Source: Diplonema japonicum (taxonomy: Eukaryota > Protista > Euglenozoa: Diplonemea). Taken from it: a DNA stretch of 64,000 nt. Shown here in pieces: positions 47,501 to 59,022 of the stretch. Positions within the stretch are counted from its first letter, which is position 1, and the number at the start of each line of letters is the position of its first letter. The notes below the pieces were generated by a model that saw only the letters and a program-made list of their open reading frames with translations, made no database searches and was not told the DNA's origin. A program made the translations under genes and the position numbers. Location of the stretch: the NCBI GenBank assembly GCA_964019335.1, contig OZ025670.1, forward strand, positions 434,001 to 498,000, given 5' to 3'.

Positions 47501-50060
47501 TGACAACGAGATCCTCAAACGACAGGCCCACATCCACAGCAAAGATGCCCCATGGATCGTCGAGGTGACCTTTAAGGTCCTCCCACTCATTTTCTCACTA
47601 CTGGGTTTCTTCGTTGCTACGCTGCTTGCATCCCTCGCTTCGCGTCCTATGGAGGCCGTCATAGACCTCACTAACCAAGAGTGCGGCAAGAATCTGGGCT
47701 TCTTCCTGTCACCTAACGTATATTTCGAGCTCGCCTACAGAATAGCTCTTTTCCTTGTGCTGTTCTTGCTTCTTGGGTGTGTTTATGGCGTGCTTTTGAA
47801 ATGGATTGTGATTGGAAGATTTAAGGCCCACACGTGGGATTCGCACTCGGCATACGCATTGAAGAGGGCGATTGTGCACACTTACCTCGAGATGCTGCAT
47901 AAGATGCTTGGTGCTCTGGAGGAGACGGAGTTCCTTGTATGGTTCTACCGGGCGCTGGGGGCTGACATCGGGCACAACGTGCTGCTGCCGTGGACGTTGC
48001 AGCTGGACTACGACTTGCTGCATATTGGTGACCACGTCATCATGGGATCGCGGACAGGGGCACAGACTTCATACTGCCATGATGGCATAACAGTCACCTC
48101 AAGGCACACTTGGATTGGGGCAGGTACTAGTATATGCAGAGCTGCATATGTGATGCCTGGAGCACAGCTGGGACAAGCTGTCGTTGTGTGCGCGAGGTCC
48201 ACAGCACAGGGCTCTGTCATGTCAGGTGCGACAGTGTACGAGGACAAGGTTCTTCCCCCTGGTGAGCAGCCCCCAGAGGACACAGGCGTCTGCACCTACC
48301 TCCGCACGAAGGATGGCACCACTTTAGCGTCAATCTTCATGCAGTTCGTCGCCGTGGTCTTTTTCCTTATCACGATGGTGATATCCTTCACCTTCTCCGT
48401 CTCATGGTCCCTGTGGGGCTTGGCCATGATCCCTGGCATGTGCAATAATGGCACGCAGGCCACGCCCATCCTGAGCATGGGGAACGTCAACCTGTACCTC
48501 ACCGCTGAAGGCGCCGTTGTGCTTCTATTCACCTTGTGGGTGCTGGGGGGTACCACCAGCATCCTTGCGTTAATATGCAAATGGGCCCTCATCGGTAGAG
48601 TGAAACCAGGAACAGAAAAGGTGACGAAGACTATGATTCTCAGATTCTGGTTTGTGAAGCAGATGATCAACATCAGTGAGAGCTTGTTCATCATGAGCTA
48701 CTTCAGGTACACGCCTATGATGTGGGCGTGGTACAGGCTCCTCGGCATGAAGGTGCCGTGCAGCGCGATCATGTCCGCTTTCGTCAACGTGATCCCTGAC
48801 CTTGTCTCGTCTGATGAGGACGCCTACTTCGGGTACAACCCGCAGATACCGTGCATCGCTTGCGACCCTGCGGACGGTGTTGTCACTTTTGTGAGAACCC
48901 ATGTGGGGGCACGTGGCTTCATTGGCCCTGACGCCATCATGTTGCCTGGGTCGAACATTGAGACCAGAGGCGCTGTGTCCGCGTCAGGGATCGTCGGGGC
49001 GGGGAAGACTATCAGAACAGGCACCACACAGATCGGGCCGAGGGTGACAGTCGCCTTCCGCCCCGAAGCACAGCTGTCTAACAACGCCCTGTTCCAAGTC
49101 TATCTCACTATATTCGCGCTGTGGCGTGCAGTGTGGGACATGTCTTTCTCTATGGTCTCCATCGCAATCTCATTGGCCGCGATGCTCGCTGTGCACGAAG
49201 CAGGCATGGGGTGGTCCTTCTCACTGGGAATCGCGGTTGCCTCAATCGCCTTCTTCTTCACCGTAGTGGTGTCGACGTTGCAGGGCTTGATATCTATCGC
49301 AAGCAAATGGATGCTCTTGGGCAAAGTGAAGGAGGGCGTGCACCACCAGTGGCGGTCGTTCTACCACGCAAGGTGGGTGAACTGTTTGGCAGTTTCGATG
49401 AAGGCGGTGGACAACATGAAGACGATGTACAGGGGGACAGTGGTGATGCGGATGTACCACAGGATGAGGGGTGGAAAGGTAGGGCCAGGGGCGAAGTTGA
49501 TGTGCGCCCCGAGATCTCCGGAAGCTGAGCTAGTGGAGTTCAAGGAAGGGGTGTACCTTAGTGAGGAGAGCGGGCACATTTACGCTCACAACTTTGCAAC
49601 AGGCGACCTGCACTTTGAGAAATCAATAATCGGGGCGGGCGTGAGGCTGCCGACCACCACACACGTTGTACCAGGTGCCACCATCAACGACGGGGTCACA
49701 ACAGGGCCGGGGACGCTGATTCTCCCTAGGGGGATGGAGGACAAGTGCGAGATCCTAATGGGAAACCCATGCAAGCCGTGTGTCTATGAATCGGAAACAT
49801 ACACAAGGCAGGGCAACGGTGTTATCCCCTTGGACTTCACCCTTGCAAAATACAACAAGGCTTTGCTCAGGTCTGCTGATTCAGAAGACACTGAAAACTG
49901 CGATGGTGAGATACACGAAGTGCAGCGTAAGCGTTCTAGTTATAGGCGGAGGAGTGCGCTGCAGGCGTCTCTCTTGCATGGCGATGGTGGGGTGGAGCCC
50001 AGTGACGACGAGGAGATGGAAGTCTTGCAACTTACGTCGGCCGATGCTAACGAGGTGTGA
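35565..50060 (+). CDS. Hybrid megasynthase (~4750 aa): ThDP-enzyme-like x2, A (acyl-CoA ligase type), KR, ACPx2, KS, AT, KR, ACPx3, Pls/PosA-like membrane terminal domain; introns 41829-41861, 41934-41970, 43270-43300, 43453-43490, 46213-46246, 46364-46397, 46509-46544
   Basis: GDG motif; YTSGTTGRPKG, YGMTE, TGD, TGK; TGGLGGLG/YAAAN; GLTS x2; DTACSSS/HGTGT/GHLE; GQG/GHSLGE/HGFHS; TGGTGALG/LDD/YGAAN; LDS x3; three KW..(I/L)G(R/K).K plus left-handed beta-helix repeats. Removing 243 intron nt leaves 14253 nt (4751 codons) in frame. Confidence 0.9.
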
Positions 50061-51158
50061 AGAGGGGGGAGGAAGAAGAAAAGTCGAAAACGAAAAACAA
50101 ACAGGTTACTTACTCGGCTGCCTTATAAGAAAAAAAAGAAGAAGAAGAAAAAAAAACTTGCGAGAAATTATCTTCCGTTTTTTTTTTTAAACTCTTTTTA
50201 TCTCTTTGCTTTTTGGGCCGAGAGAAAAAAAAATAAAAAAGAATCTTTTTTGTTTTGTGGCATTTTCTAATATTCTGTGTGTTTTTCCTTCCCCCCCCCT
50301 CTTTTTGACTATTGATGTGTGCTAATGGGAAACTCCATCCCCCCCCCCCCCCCCGCTTCGCAATTTTATTTCGTAAACTGAAGAAGAATGCCGGAATCAT
50401 TTTTAGAACTAATAGTGAAGTTAATGCACCTTCGATGGCTTCCTTTTTTTTTTGCGACGCAGAAGGGTAACAACACAAGATCGACCCTCCCCACGCTGCA
50501 CACTTAACGCCAAATAGTGTTGCAGCCAAAGCCCCATTTTTTTTTTTTTTTTTTTTTTTTGTAGCTAGTTGGTATACACTCCGATAAGAAGTCCCTCTCC
50601 CGCCAGCGTTTGCTGCGGTAGGCCTTGAAACAACCCTGCACCCCTTCTACGCTTTTGAAAAGAAAAAAAAATACAGATTACACTCTCACATTCCGATTGA
50701 AATAAAAAAAGAAAAAGAAAATATATATGGCAGATAAAACTTCTGTGGAAGTGGGGTGTACCTTATGCAACGATTTTCTGCGCCTTTCTTTTTCTTTTTT
50801 TTCTCTTTTTTTTTTCTAGAAAGATTATTAATCCTGGTATTTATTTATCGTTGAGTCCCCCTCCACCCCCCCTTTTTTTTTCTTTTTTCTTTTTTTTTGA
50901 GGGAAATAAATAAAAAAAAAGAGAGAGCGAACAAAAGAGGGTGTCCAGTGCTATGCTTTCGTGTGTTGTTGGCAGCGATTTCTTACAACATTGTGGGATG
51001 CAAAGATTCCAACTTTATTTCATCTCTTCTTCCCCCCCCCCCCCCCCATCTATCCTTTTGACTCCCTCCTCCCCCCCTCTTACTTTTTTGGATTTAGGCC
51101 GTTTGTTGGCTCAAGTTGGACAATGCTAAGGTCTTGAGGTTATATATTTTTTTTATTT

Positions 51159-52019
51159 CTCTGCGACGTGTGTGAGGAACGGTTCGGCAGCTACACGGAG
51201 GTGCTGGAGCACGCCCTCTGGCGATGCGAGCCGGGTGTCGCGGTGCGGAGCAAGATGGAGTACGCGAACCTGGACCCGGCAGCTATGCCGAAGGCGACGA
51301 GGCTCCATGGGGTGGTGCCCAGAGGCTGCCAAGACAAGCCAAGGGCCTTACTGGTGCAGAAGTACCTGCTGGAGGTAGTCACGCGGAGGGATGCAGCGGT
51401 GGAAGCGAACCGCGCACTGCAGACACAAGCTTACCCGTGGCGGGCGGTCGTGACGGGGAGGGCGCACCCGACGCCGACGGTGTCTGAACTACGAAGGCTG
51501 GGAGCGTCAGGAACAGTGATGGACAAGCTGCTGAGGCCGGTGCTGAGGTTGGGAGGCCTGCTGTGGGATGACGCGCCTGGTCGGCACACGGCGGTGACGA
51601 CGTTAGAGCCTCGACTTCGAGAGGGAGATGGAGCTGCCGCTGGACGACGGCGGGGAAGTGGGCAAGGTGGAGGACCTGGGCGTCAAGGCAAGGAGGCTAC
51701 GGTATGTGCTGAGACGAGTCCAGGACCTGTACCACGCTGATGGCAGAGGGGTAGCGTTCCCAGCGGCGCGAGTGGAGCGCGTCAACTCCCTACGCTGTAT
51801 CGGAGGACCGACCACACACGGGTATGACAGGAGGCCAGTACTCCCGGAACGAACCATGAGTAGCATCGAAGGCTTGCGGGACAGGTACCTGTCGCAGACA
51901 CCGACAAGGCTGCCCCGCAGCATGACCACCGCAGTAGGAACCTGCCAGAGCCCCCAGAACGGGGACTAAGCGCAGCGCGGCCGGTGAGCGCAAAAACGCA
52001 TACCTTAAAAGAATAGTTT
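51159..52019 (+). mobile_element. Decayed 5'-truncated non-LTR retrotransposon 3' end (copy B) with CCHC zinc knuckle and 3' terminal repeat
   Basis: In-frame LCDVCEERFGSYTEVLEHALWRC = CX2CX12HX4C; frameshift near 51610; homologous to copy A; ends in the 47-bp repeat plus T-run. Confidence 0.7.
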
Positions 52020-52095
52020 ATTTTTTTTTTCCTCCTTTTTTTGGGGGGCGAAACTAAAAAGAAAAAAAAAGGGGGAAAAAAAAAAAAAGAGAAAA

Positions 52096-52599
52096 ATGGC
52101 TATCGGGTGCAAGCAGATAATAGCAGTTTCCTGTGCAACATTATTGTTCGTTTTAGGGATTATGCACCTGGTGGCGTACGTATCGGGTAGCCCCTACTCT
52201 GCAAGTAGCACTGTGAGTGAGTTCGACGAAACAGTAAGGTACACCCGGGGGAGCGGGGGCGGGTTCGAGACTGTGGCATCGAAAAGGGCTGAAGAGGTGA
52301 ACTGCAGCACCTTTGCAAAATACTGGTTTGTCATCGGGTTCTGCCTTGAGTTCACTATCGTCAGCCAAATCTGCTACTTTCTTTTCAGGGGGAGCTTCCC
52401 CGCATCTGTTGTTTCCCTCACCGGTCTTTACTACGTTTGGTTCATTGTTGAAAATATTCTGTACTATTCAACCCTCTCAGAACCGGAATGCACCTCTTAC
52501 CATGATCTAGCGGGATATGCCTTAAACGTATCGTACGCAGCAGTGGGGGTCTGTGGGATTGTACTGTTCATTGTTTGGAGTATCTCAATCCCGAGCTAG
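52096..52599 (+). CDS. Small multi-pass membrane protein (paralog of 23087-23596)
   Basis: Shared Cys/Trp/QICY/NIL pattern, similar length (167 vs 169 aa). Confidence 0.7.
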   Translation: MAIGCKQIIAVSCATLLFVLGIMHLVAYVSGSPYSASSTVSEFDETVRYTRGSGGGFETVASKRAEEVNCSTFAKYWFVIGFCLEFTIVSQICYFLFRGSFPASVVSLTGLYYVWFIVENILYYSTLSEPECTSYHDLAGYALNVSYAAVGVCGIVLFIVWSISIPS

Positions 52600-53566
52600 A
52601 TTCGGTTACAGTATTTTTTTTTTTTTCTTCTCTTACTTTTCTTCTTTCTTTTTTTTTTTACCCCCTTCGTTGTTTTTCTTCACTCTCATGCAATGACCCC
52701 GGCTCGGATAGACGAAACAGAGAAAGAAAAAAAAGGAAAAAAAAAAGGAGAGGGATTCATTTATTCACACGTAAGTAATGAAAACCCTCACATTTTCTAA
52801 GCAGGGGACGAGGGAAGAAATGAGAAAAAAAAAGAAAATAAAATAAAAAGAAAAAGTTCGATTTCCGAAGTTATTAGCAATCTTGTCAAAAGGTACAGTG
52901 AACGACTGTGACGAAGGGGTATTGGAAGAAAGGAAAAAAAAAAGAGAAAACAAGAAACGACTCACTTACCCCCGGTGTGTTTTGCACTCTGGGTATCAAG
53001 TTAAAACTATGATTTTATTTACTCGTTGGTAGTGAACAGCTATTTTTTTTTTCTCTTTTTTTTTCTCCATTCACCCATTGTCTTTTTTTTTTCTCTCTTT
53101 TTTTTCTTTTGCTACCTTTTCATTTGTTCCGGGGGGGGGGGGGGGGGTGTATCTTCCAATCCTTTCTTTTCGGTAATCTTTCTCTCCATCCTCTCAGCTA
53201 GGCAACGCGAACAGGGCGTGTTTCCTTTTGTGTTTCAACCATGCCAAGTCGCCTGCAGCGTGTCCGGGACCCGCTTGATCCTTACCGCCTTCTTGTCGGT
53301 GGCTATTGTCCCTGCGTTCTACTCCTCGGCTCGGCTAGATAGGCTGAAGCTGTTCCTTGAGAGCTTCCGCGAGGTCATGCCCAGGATTCTTCTAGCTCGC
53401 CAGATCTTCCTGCTTCCAATCAATCGTCGGGAGCCACCCCAGGAGTAGCGTTTCCCATCCGCTTCACATCCCGTACGCCTGCCAACCTGTCCATGTTGCC
53501 ATCGAACCGTCAGCCAAAAGAAAAAAAAAGAGAGGGAGAACAAAAAAAAAAAAAAAGAAAAAGAAT

Positions 53567-54388
53567 ATGGAAACCGCAAACAAACGGAAAAAGCGTATTG
53601 AGCAGAGATTACAAGAGAAGGAACGTGAGAGGCTTCGAGCAGAGAATGAAGCCCTGCGCGACAGGGTGGAGATGATTGCAGAGACGGGTGAGGAACACAG
53701 AATGAAGGTTGAAGAGATGTTTGTCAACACAAAACGGGAGCAAGAAGAGCTTGAAGCGGAGTTCGCGAGGCTGGAAAACGAGAAGGTTTTGCTTTGCAAA
53801 GAGATCGCTGAAAGCGGCGGGCAGCTAAGCGTGTCTCAAGTCGAAAAGCTGGAGATGGAAAGTACATGCCTCAACCTTGAGAAAGAGTTGTTAGCCTCAA
53901 CAACCGAGCTCAGCGATCTAACCGCACAGCTTACCATGGCTGACGCAGAGGCATTCAGACTTGCAGCCGCTTCATCCCTCAGAAAACAAGATGTCATCTC
54001 TGCTGAGGGGCAGGTCGCCAAGTTGACAAAAGCTTTTTCCGAGGAGCAGGCTCTCTACAAACAGGAGAAGGCAGACCTCCTCCAGGCGCAGGGCATCTTC
54101 CAAGAAACCTCATCGCAAGCCGCACAGCTGCGGGAGGCAGCGGACGCTGCCCACAACAATTACACAGAAACCACTCACGCAGTCACCCACCTCATGTCCT
54201 TCCTCGAGGAAGTTCACACTGATGCAAACGCGATCTGCGATGCAGCAATGCCCGCACTGATCGCAAACAAAACCCCCCTTCCCAAAGATAGGCACATCCC
54301 CGAAGAGGAAGCACGGCAGAAACGTGAGGCGAAACGACGCGCAGATGCCATGAAACGGAGTCGGAGTAGATCGAAAAGCCCCCTTTAG
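53567..54388 (+). CDS. Coiled-coil protein; may have upstream exon(s)
   Basis: E/K/A-rich heptads. Confidence 0.6.
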   Translation: METANKRKKRIEQRLQEKERERLRAENEALRDRVEMIAETGEEHRMKVEEMFVNTKREQEELEAEFARLENEKVLLCKEIAESGGQLSVSQVEKLEMESTCLNLEKELLASTTELSDLTAQLTMADAEAFRLAAASSLRKQDVISAEGQVAKLTKAFSEEQALYKQEKADLLQAQGIFQETSSQAAQLREAADAAHNNYTETTHAVTHLMSFLEEVHTDANAICDAAMPALIANKTPLPKDRHIPEEEARQKREAKRRADAMKRSRSRSKSPL

Positions 54389-54460
54389 ATTTGTAGTATT
54401 GTTTTTATATTCTATTTTTTTTGCCCCCCCTCTCTTCTTAAAACTATAAGGTGGTTGGAG

Positions 54461-57068
54461 ATGTTGTCGAAGGCACCGGAGGAGATCCTTGTGATAGTGT
54501 GGTTGTACCTGCTGCACTGCCCGGACGGGTTGTGGGTGTGCGAGCTTGTGTGCCATGCGTGGAGGGATCTGATGAAACGGACGTTTTGGGACGTAGCATG
54601 CAAACAATGCATGGTGAGCAGCGAGCAGCAGGCCGCATACTCCAGCAAGAAACTCGCATTCTTCGCCAACGTGCACCACTTCCACTGGCGGCGGGCCGTG
54701 TGGGGCGATATTTCCAACTCCAGCCTCGTCTTTGAAGTGCCCGACTATCTTCTATACGATGCGTTCCCCAACGTGAGCCAGCTGTATGAGGACACACTGG
54801 TCACGTACACCACAAAGACGGTGACTGGAGTTGACGTGAAAAGAGAGAGATTTCTCCTTGGCATGCTGCCCAGCAAAGAGGTTGAACAGCTTGGCTTTGC
54901 AAAAAAACAAGCGGAACACTGCAAAATGTCTTCAAAGTTCCGCACCAAAACCGAAGCCATCAAGGCTGACATGTACCATGGCGACGCCGTTGTGCTCACG
55001 ACAGAGTCCATCGAAGTATTCGAGGCTCCTGAAGGAGACATCACAGAAGCAAGCCCGTACCAACCATGCAAAGGCGTCTTGGACACAGAAGGCATCCCGT
55101 CGAAGAACGTGGCGGTGATCCATTTATGCAGAGGGGTAGCTTACGCATTGCTTAAAAAGCCAGTCGTGGTTCAAATGTGGGACACAACAACCAACAAGAA
55201 ACTGGGGTCAATCCCCCTCCCCGGAGTGTACTCCTGGCCTACAGACGATGATTTCTTCACCTGGAAATCTCAGGAACGGTTTGCATTCACCGACCCTTCA
55301 TGGTATGGTGTGGTCATCGACGACGACGGGATGGCGTGGGTCGTGAACATGGATGGGCTGCAATGTGCAAGGATCCCCACAGAGGACCCTGCACGGAAGG
55401 TGTGTTTCAACTCTCCGCACCACGACTCGTATGGGGTCCCAGCGAACATGCCCTTCCCGAACCCTTCAGCATCAACTGCCCCTGTCTCCATCTTCTCTTC
55501 TCCTACTGACATACACCCGTCACTCTCGGAGCCTTGGGGTAAAAACCCATCATACGCCTCCATCCCTGACCCTTCACTGGAAGAGTCTGAAGACACCTCT
55601 CTTGTGGTATGTGAGAAATCCAAACCGAGAAGAAGGGAAAAAAAAAAAAAAAAAAAAAAAAAGCCTGCCACTGTGCGAGTCTGCGGTCCGTCTGTCTTAT
55701 TATGGGGCGGCAAGAACCACCTCGACAGCTCCGACTACGGGTACGAAGAAGATGTTTCTGGGCGTGCCTTCATCCAACTGTGGAGGGCGGAGTCGTCTTA
55801 TAACTTGAACTCGAACAGCAAAGACTTGGTGTGCGTGTTGCAGGTGTGTTTTTGCTAACCTGACGAAAAAGAAGAAAAAAAAACAATAAAGGCCAAATAT
55901 GACCACTTGCTCATAGCGCACACAGACGGCCACCGCGTGTACGTTCTCTTCCACCCCTTTTTCAACTGCGATGCTGCTGTGAACCAATCGCAACACATCC
56001 AGCACCTAGCAGTCGATGTCTGGGACGCTAACGGCGGTGGGTTCGTCTGCCGCCGACTCGTCCACGACGAGGACAGGTGTGTGTGTGTGTGTGAGCTTTC
56101 TCACCCATCCCAGGAGCCCTTACCCCTTCATCCAGCATGACGACCTCACACCATCGCTCATTCAAATAGTCCACGGCGGGCCCGAGGAGCTTGTGTACTA
56201 CATATCTCAGAAAAAGGTATGTTGGAAAACAATACGTAAGACGTAAGACCTTCTCCCTACAGAATGATGTCAATCTGCTAACATTACACCAACTGACGAC
56301 CCTTGCCAGTGCGAAAGAAGGCGCTGCGTTGACTGAGAAAACCGCTGAGGCCAACGGGTGGTGGAGCGAGATGGACCCCGAGCACCCGGGCGTCGAGAAG
56401 TACTGGGACTTAAACCTACTAGTAGGATCGATTGTGGATAGTAAGGTGGGGACGTGCTTGGGGAAGTATGGGGGACAGTCCTTGTTTTTTACTGAGGGAC
56501 ACAATGGATCCCTTCGGATGGAGGTACGGGAGAAGCGAGCGGGCGACGACGAGGTGTGCACGCCGCCGTCTCAGTGTGGGTCCGCACTGGAGCTGATTGC
56601 GATGCTTTTTGGGAAGGAAGGGTTGCTAGGAAACGTCTTGCACCTCCCGCCTCTTCGACCTGACTTCGGCTCTCTCTCCACTGCGCCTACTGATTGCCCA
56701 GCTGCCTTTCTTAACAGCGTAGGGCCTGTCATCTCAACGCAGCTGGCCTGCTACCAGCCCAGCAAAGCTTCTCTTGTACAGTCCTCCATCACCACCCTAG
56801 TCCATCACCTAACGTATCTCGATGCTATTGTGCAAAAGGTTTTTGAAGTACATTCAGGTATGCCATCTGAATCTGCACCCCACGCGCACTTAATAGGTTC
56901 ATGGGGGGATTATGTCACTGATGATGGCATGCCCGAACCCGCAAAGGGACAGCTACTCAGGGCCCTGCTGCGGGACGCCTATCTCTCTATTGCAACAGGT
57001 ATGGTGTTATATTTTTTTTTGTCTTTTTTATTTTGACTATTTTTGACAACAATAAAAATCAGGGATGA
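54461..57068 (+). CDS. F-box-like protein, multi-exon; exact structure and 3' end uncertain
   Basis: LSKAPEEILVIVWLYL...VCHAWRDL F-box; apparent introns at 55607-55663, ~55844, ~56076, ~56217, ~56999 link the downstream ORFs. Confidence 0.5.
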
Positions 57069-57235
57069 TCGGGTGCACGTTGAAAGACTTCTACATCAAC
57101 ACCCCAATGCCACTGCCCTCCGTTTAGATGGGAAGAATGGAAATTGGTGCTGTTGTATTTTCTTTTTCTCTCTCTCTCGTTCCTTTTATGCTTCACAACA
57201 ACAGGACCGCAGGTGTACACAAATATTTTATCACA

Positions 57236-58892
57236 ATGCCGAGCAAAAGAGATTCTTCCACCACACGTGTGGGTAAGGTGAAGAGAACGTCCAGCTCTAA
57301 GGGAAAGCGGAACAGGGAGGAGGAGCTTGCCGAGGACATGGTGGTGGATGAGGCGCAGTTCGAGGATGACTACGACGACGTCATCGATGATGGTGAAGTG
57401 GTGGACATGCACAGCGACGAGGAGGGTGCAGATGAGGAGGAAGAGCAGGAGGACCCCGAGCGCAAAGTAGTTTTCCGTCCTGGGGTCGACGAGATGCCCG
57501 AGGGTGCCGAGATGACTTATGACTCCTCTGCGTACGATATGTACCATAAGCTGGCGGTTGACTGGCCCTGCCTCAGTTTTGACATCGTCACCGACACCCG
57601 GGGTGCCTCCCGAACAAAGTACCCCCTCACTTGCTACTGGGCCTGCGGGAGCCAAGCTGCAAACGGTGAGGAGAACTACATCGGTATCATGAAATCCGCG
57701 CAGTTGTGCAGAACACGTTACGACAACGCGGAGAACGAGGACGATGTTGAGGAGGACGACGATGAGGATGAGGACGAGGACCTGGACATGGACCCTACCC
57801 TGGAGTCGAAGTTCAGCACCGACCCCGTGCCGTTCAACCGAGTCAGGGCCATGCCCCAGCAGCCCACCATCATCGCCGGTTGGAGCGAAAGCGGTGTCGT
57901 CAAGTGCTTTGACTTCTCCGATCAATTCAAGCAGCTCGACAACCCCGCAGAGTGGGTCCGTGAAAATGCCGAATCCCAGGGTGCCAAGGCCGGTGCACCC
58001 CCCCGCAACCTGTTCACAACACCACACGGCAAGGAAGGCCACACCACGGAAGGCTTTGGTCTCGGGTGGTCCCCGCTCAAAAGGGGCACCCTTGCCTCTG
58101 GTGACAACGAAGGCCACCTTCGTGTGTGGTCCCTGACAGACACAGGTATGCAAGATTTAAGAGAAAAGAAATACATAAACAGGAACTGTGGCTTCTACAA
58201 GCTTGACGGGGAAAGCAGCACCTGGATCGATCGAAGACATTAAATGGAGCACCGTCCAGGAGAACGTGCTTATAACAGCGCTCTCTGGTGGTTCGTGCCA
58301 GGTGTGTTGTTTTCTTTAAAGAAACAAAGTTAAACTGCTCAGGTGTACGACGCTAGGGCACAGGGTGCCAAGCTCACATGGACAGCGGCGCAGAATGGAG
58401 TCGACGTGAATGTGCTGGACTGGAACCCGCACACGCAGTCGTCGCATCTGGTGGCCACCGGCAGTGACGATGGAAGCTTCTTCATCTGGGACTTGAGAAA
58501 GGTGGGCAACCCGGCGGGTGCTGAACCCGTGCAGACCTACACCTTCTTGAATGCCCCTGTCACGAGTATCGAGTGGTCACCCACAAACGAGAACCTTCTG
58601 GCTGTGGCATCTGATGACAACCAGGTATGAACGAGCATCATTCCACCACCACTACCAATAGGTAACGCTGTGGGACTTCTCCATCGAGAGAGACAGGGAG
58701 GAGGAGCTGGCTATGGCAGCGCGCCACCCGGAGCTGGCAAGGTTCCCCGCTCAGCTCGTTTTCCAGCACATGGGCCTGAAGTCCCCCAAGGAGCTTCACT
58801 GGCACCCCCAGCTGCCTGGTGTCGTCATCGTCACCGACGAGAACGGTTTTGACATCTTCCGACCATCGAACTGGAAGTCTATCATTCGTTAG
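57236..58892 (+). CDS. GRWD1: Glutamate-rich WD40 protein GRWD1/Rrb1; introns 58146-58182, 58302-58342, 58625-58661
   Basis: AYDMYHKL..WPCLSFD, NRVRAM, EGFGLGWSP, SIEDIKWS, DVNVLDWN, APVTSIEWSP, PAQLVFQHMG..KELHWHPQ. Confidence 0.9.
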
Positions 58893-59022
58893 GCAGAGGG
58901 CAGAAAGCAAATATTTTTTTTTCGATCAGTCCACGCATTTGATAGTTTATACTTTTTGTCATATCATAGTTTATCATTTCGTTGCCGGTACTATTGAGAT
59001 GTTACTCAGGACAGCAGGAAAG

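Noticed and set aside
35795-49774. Long minus-strand ORFs (e.g. 36080-36994, 38973-39926, 44913-46022, 46757-47689)
   Set aside because: Antisense shadows of the GC-rich synthase CDS with no recognisable motifs
57059-58153. 364-aa minus-strand ORF
   Set aside because: Antisense to GRWD1; a codon-bias artefact
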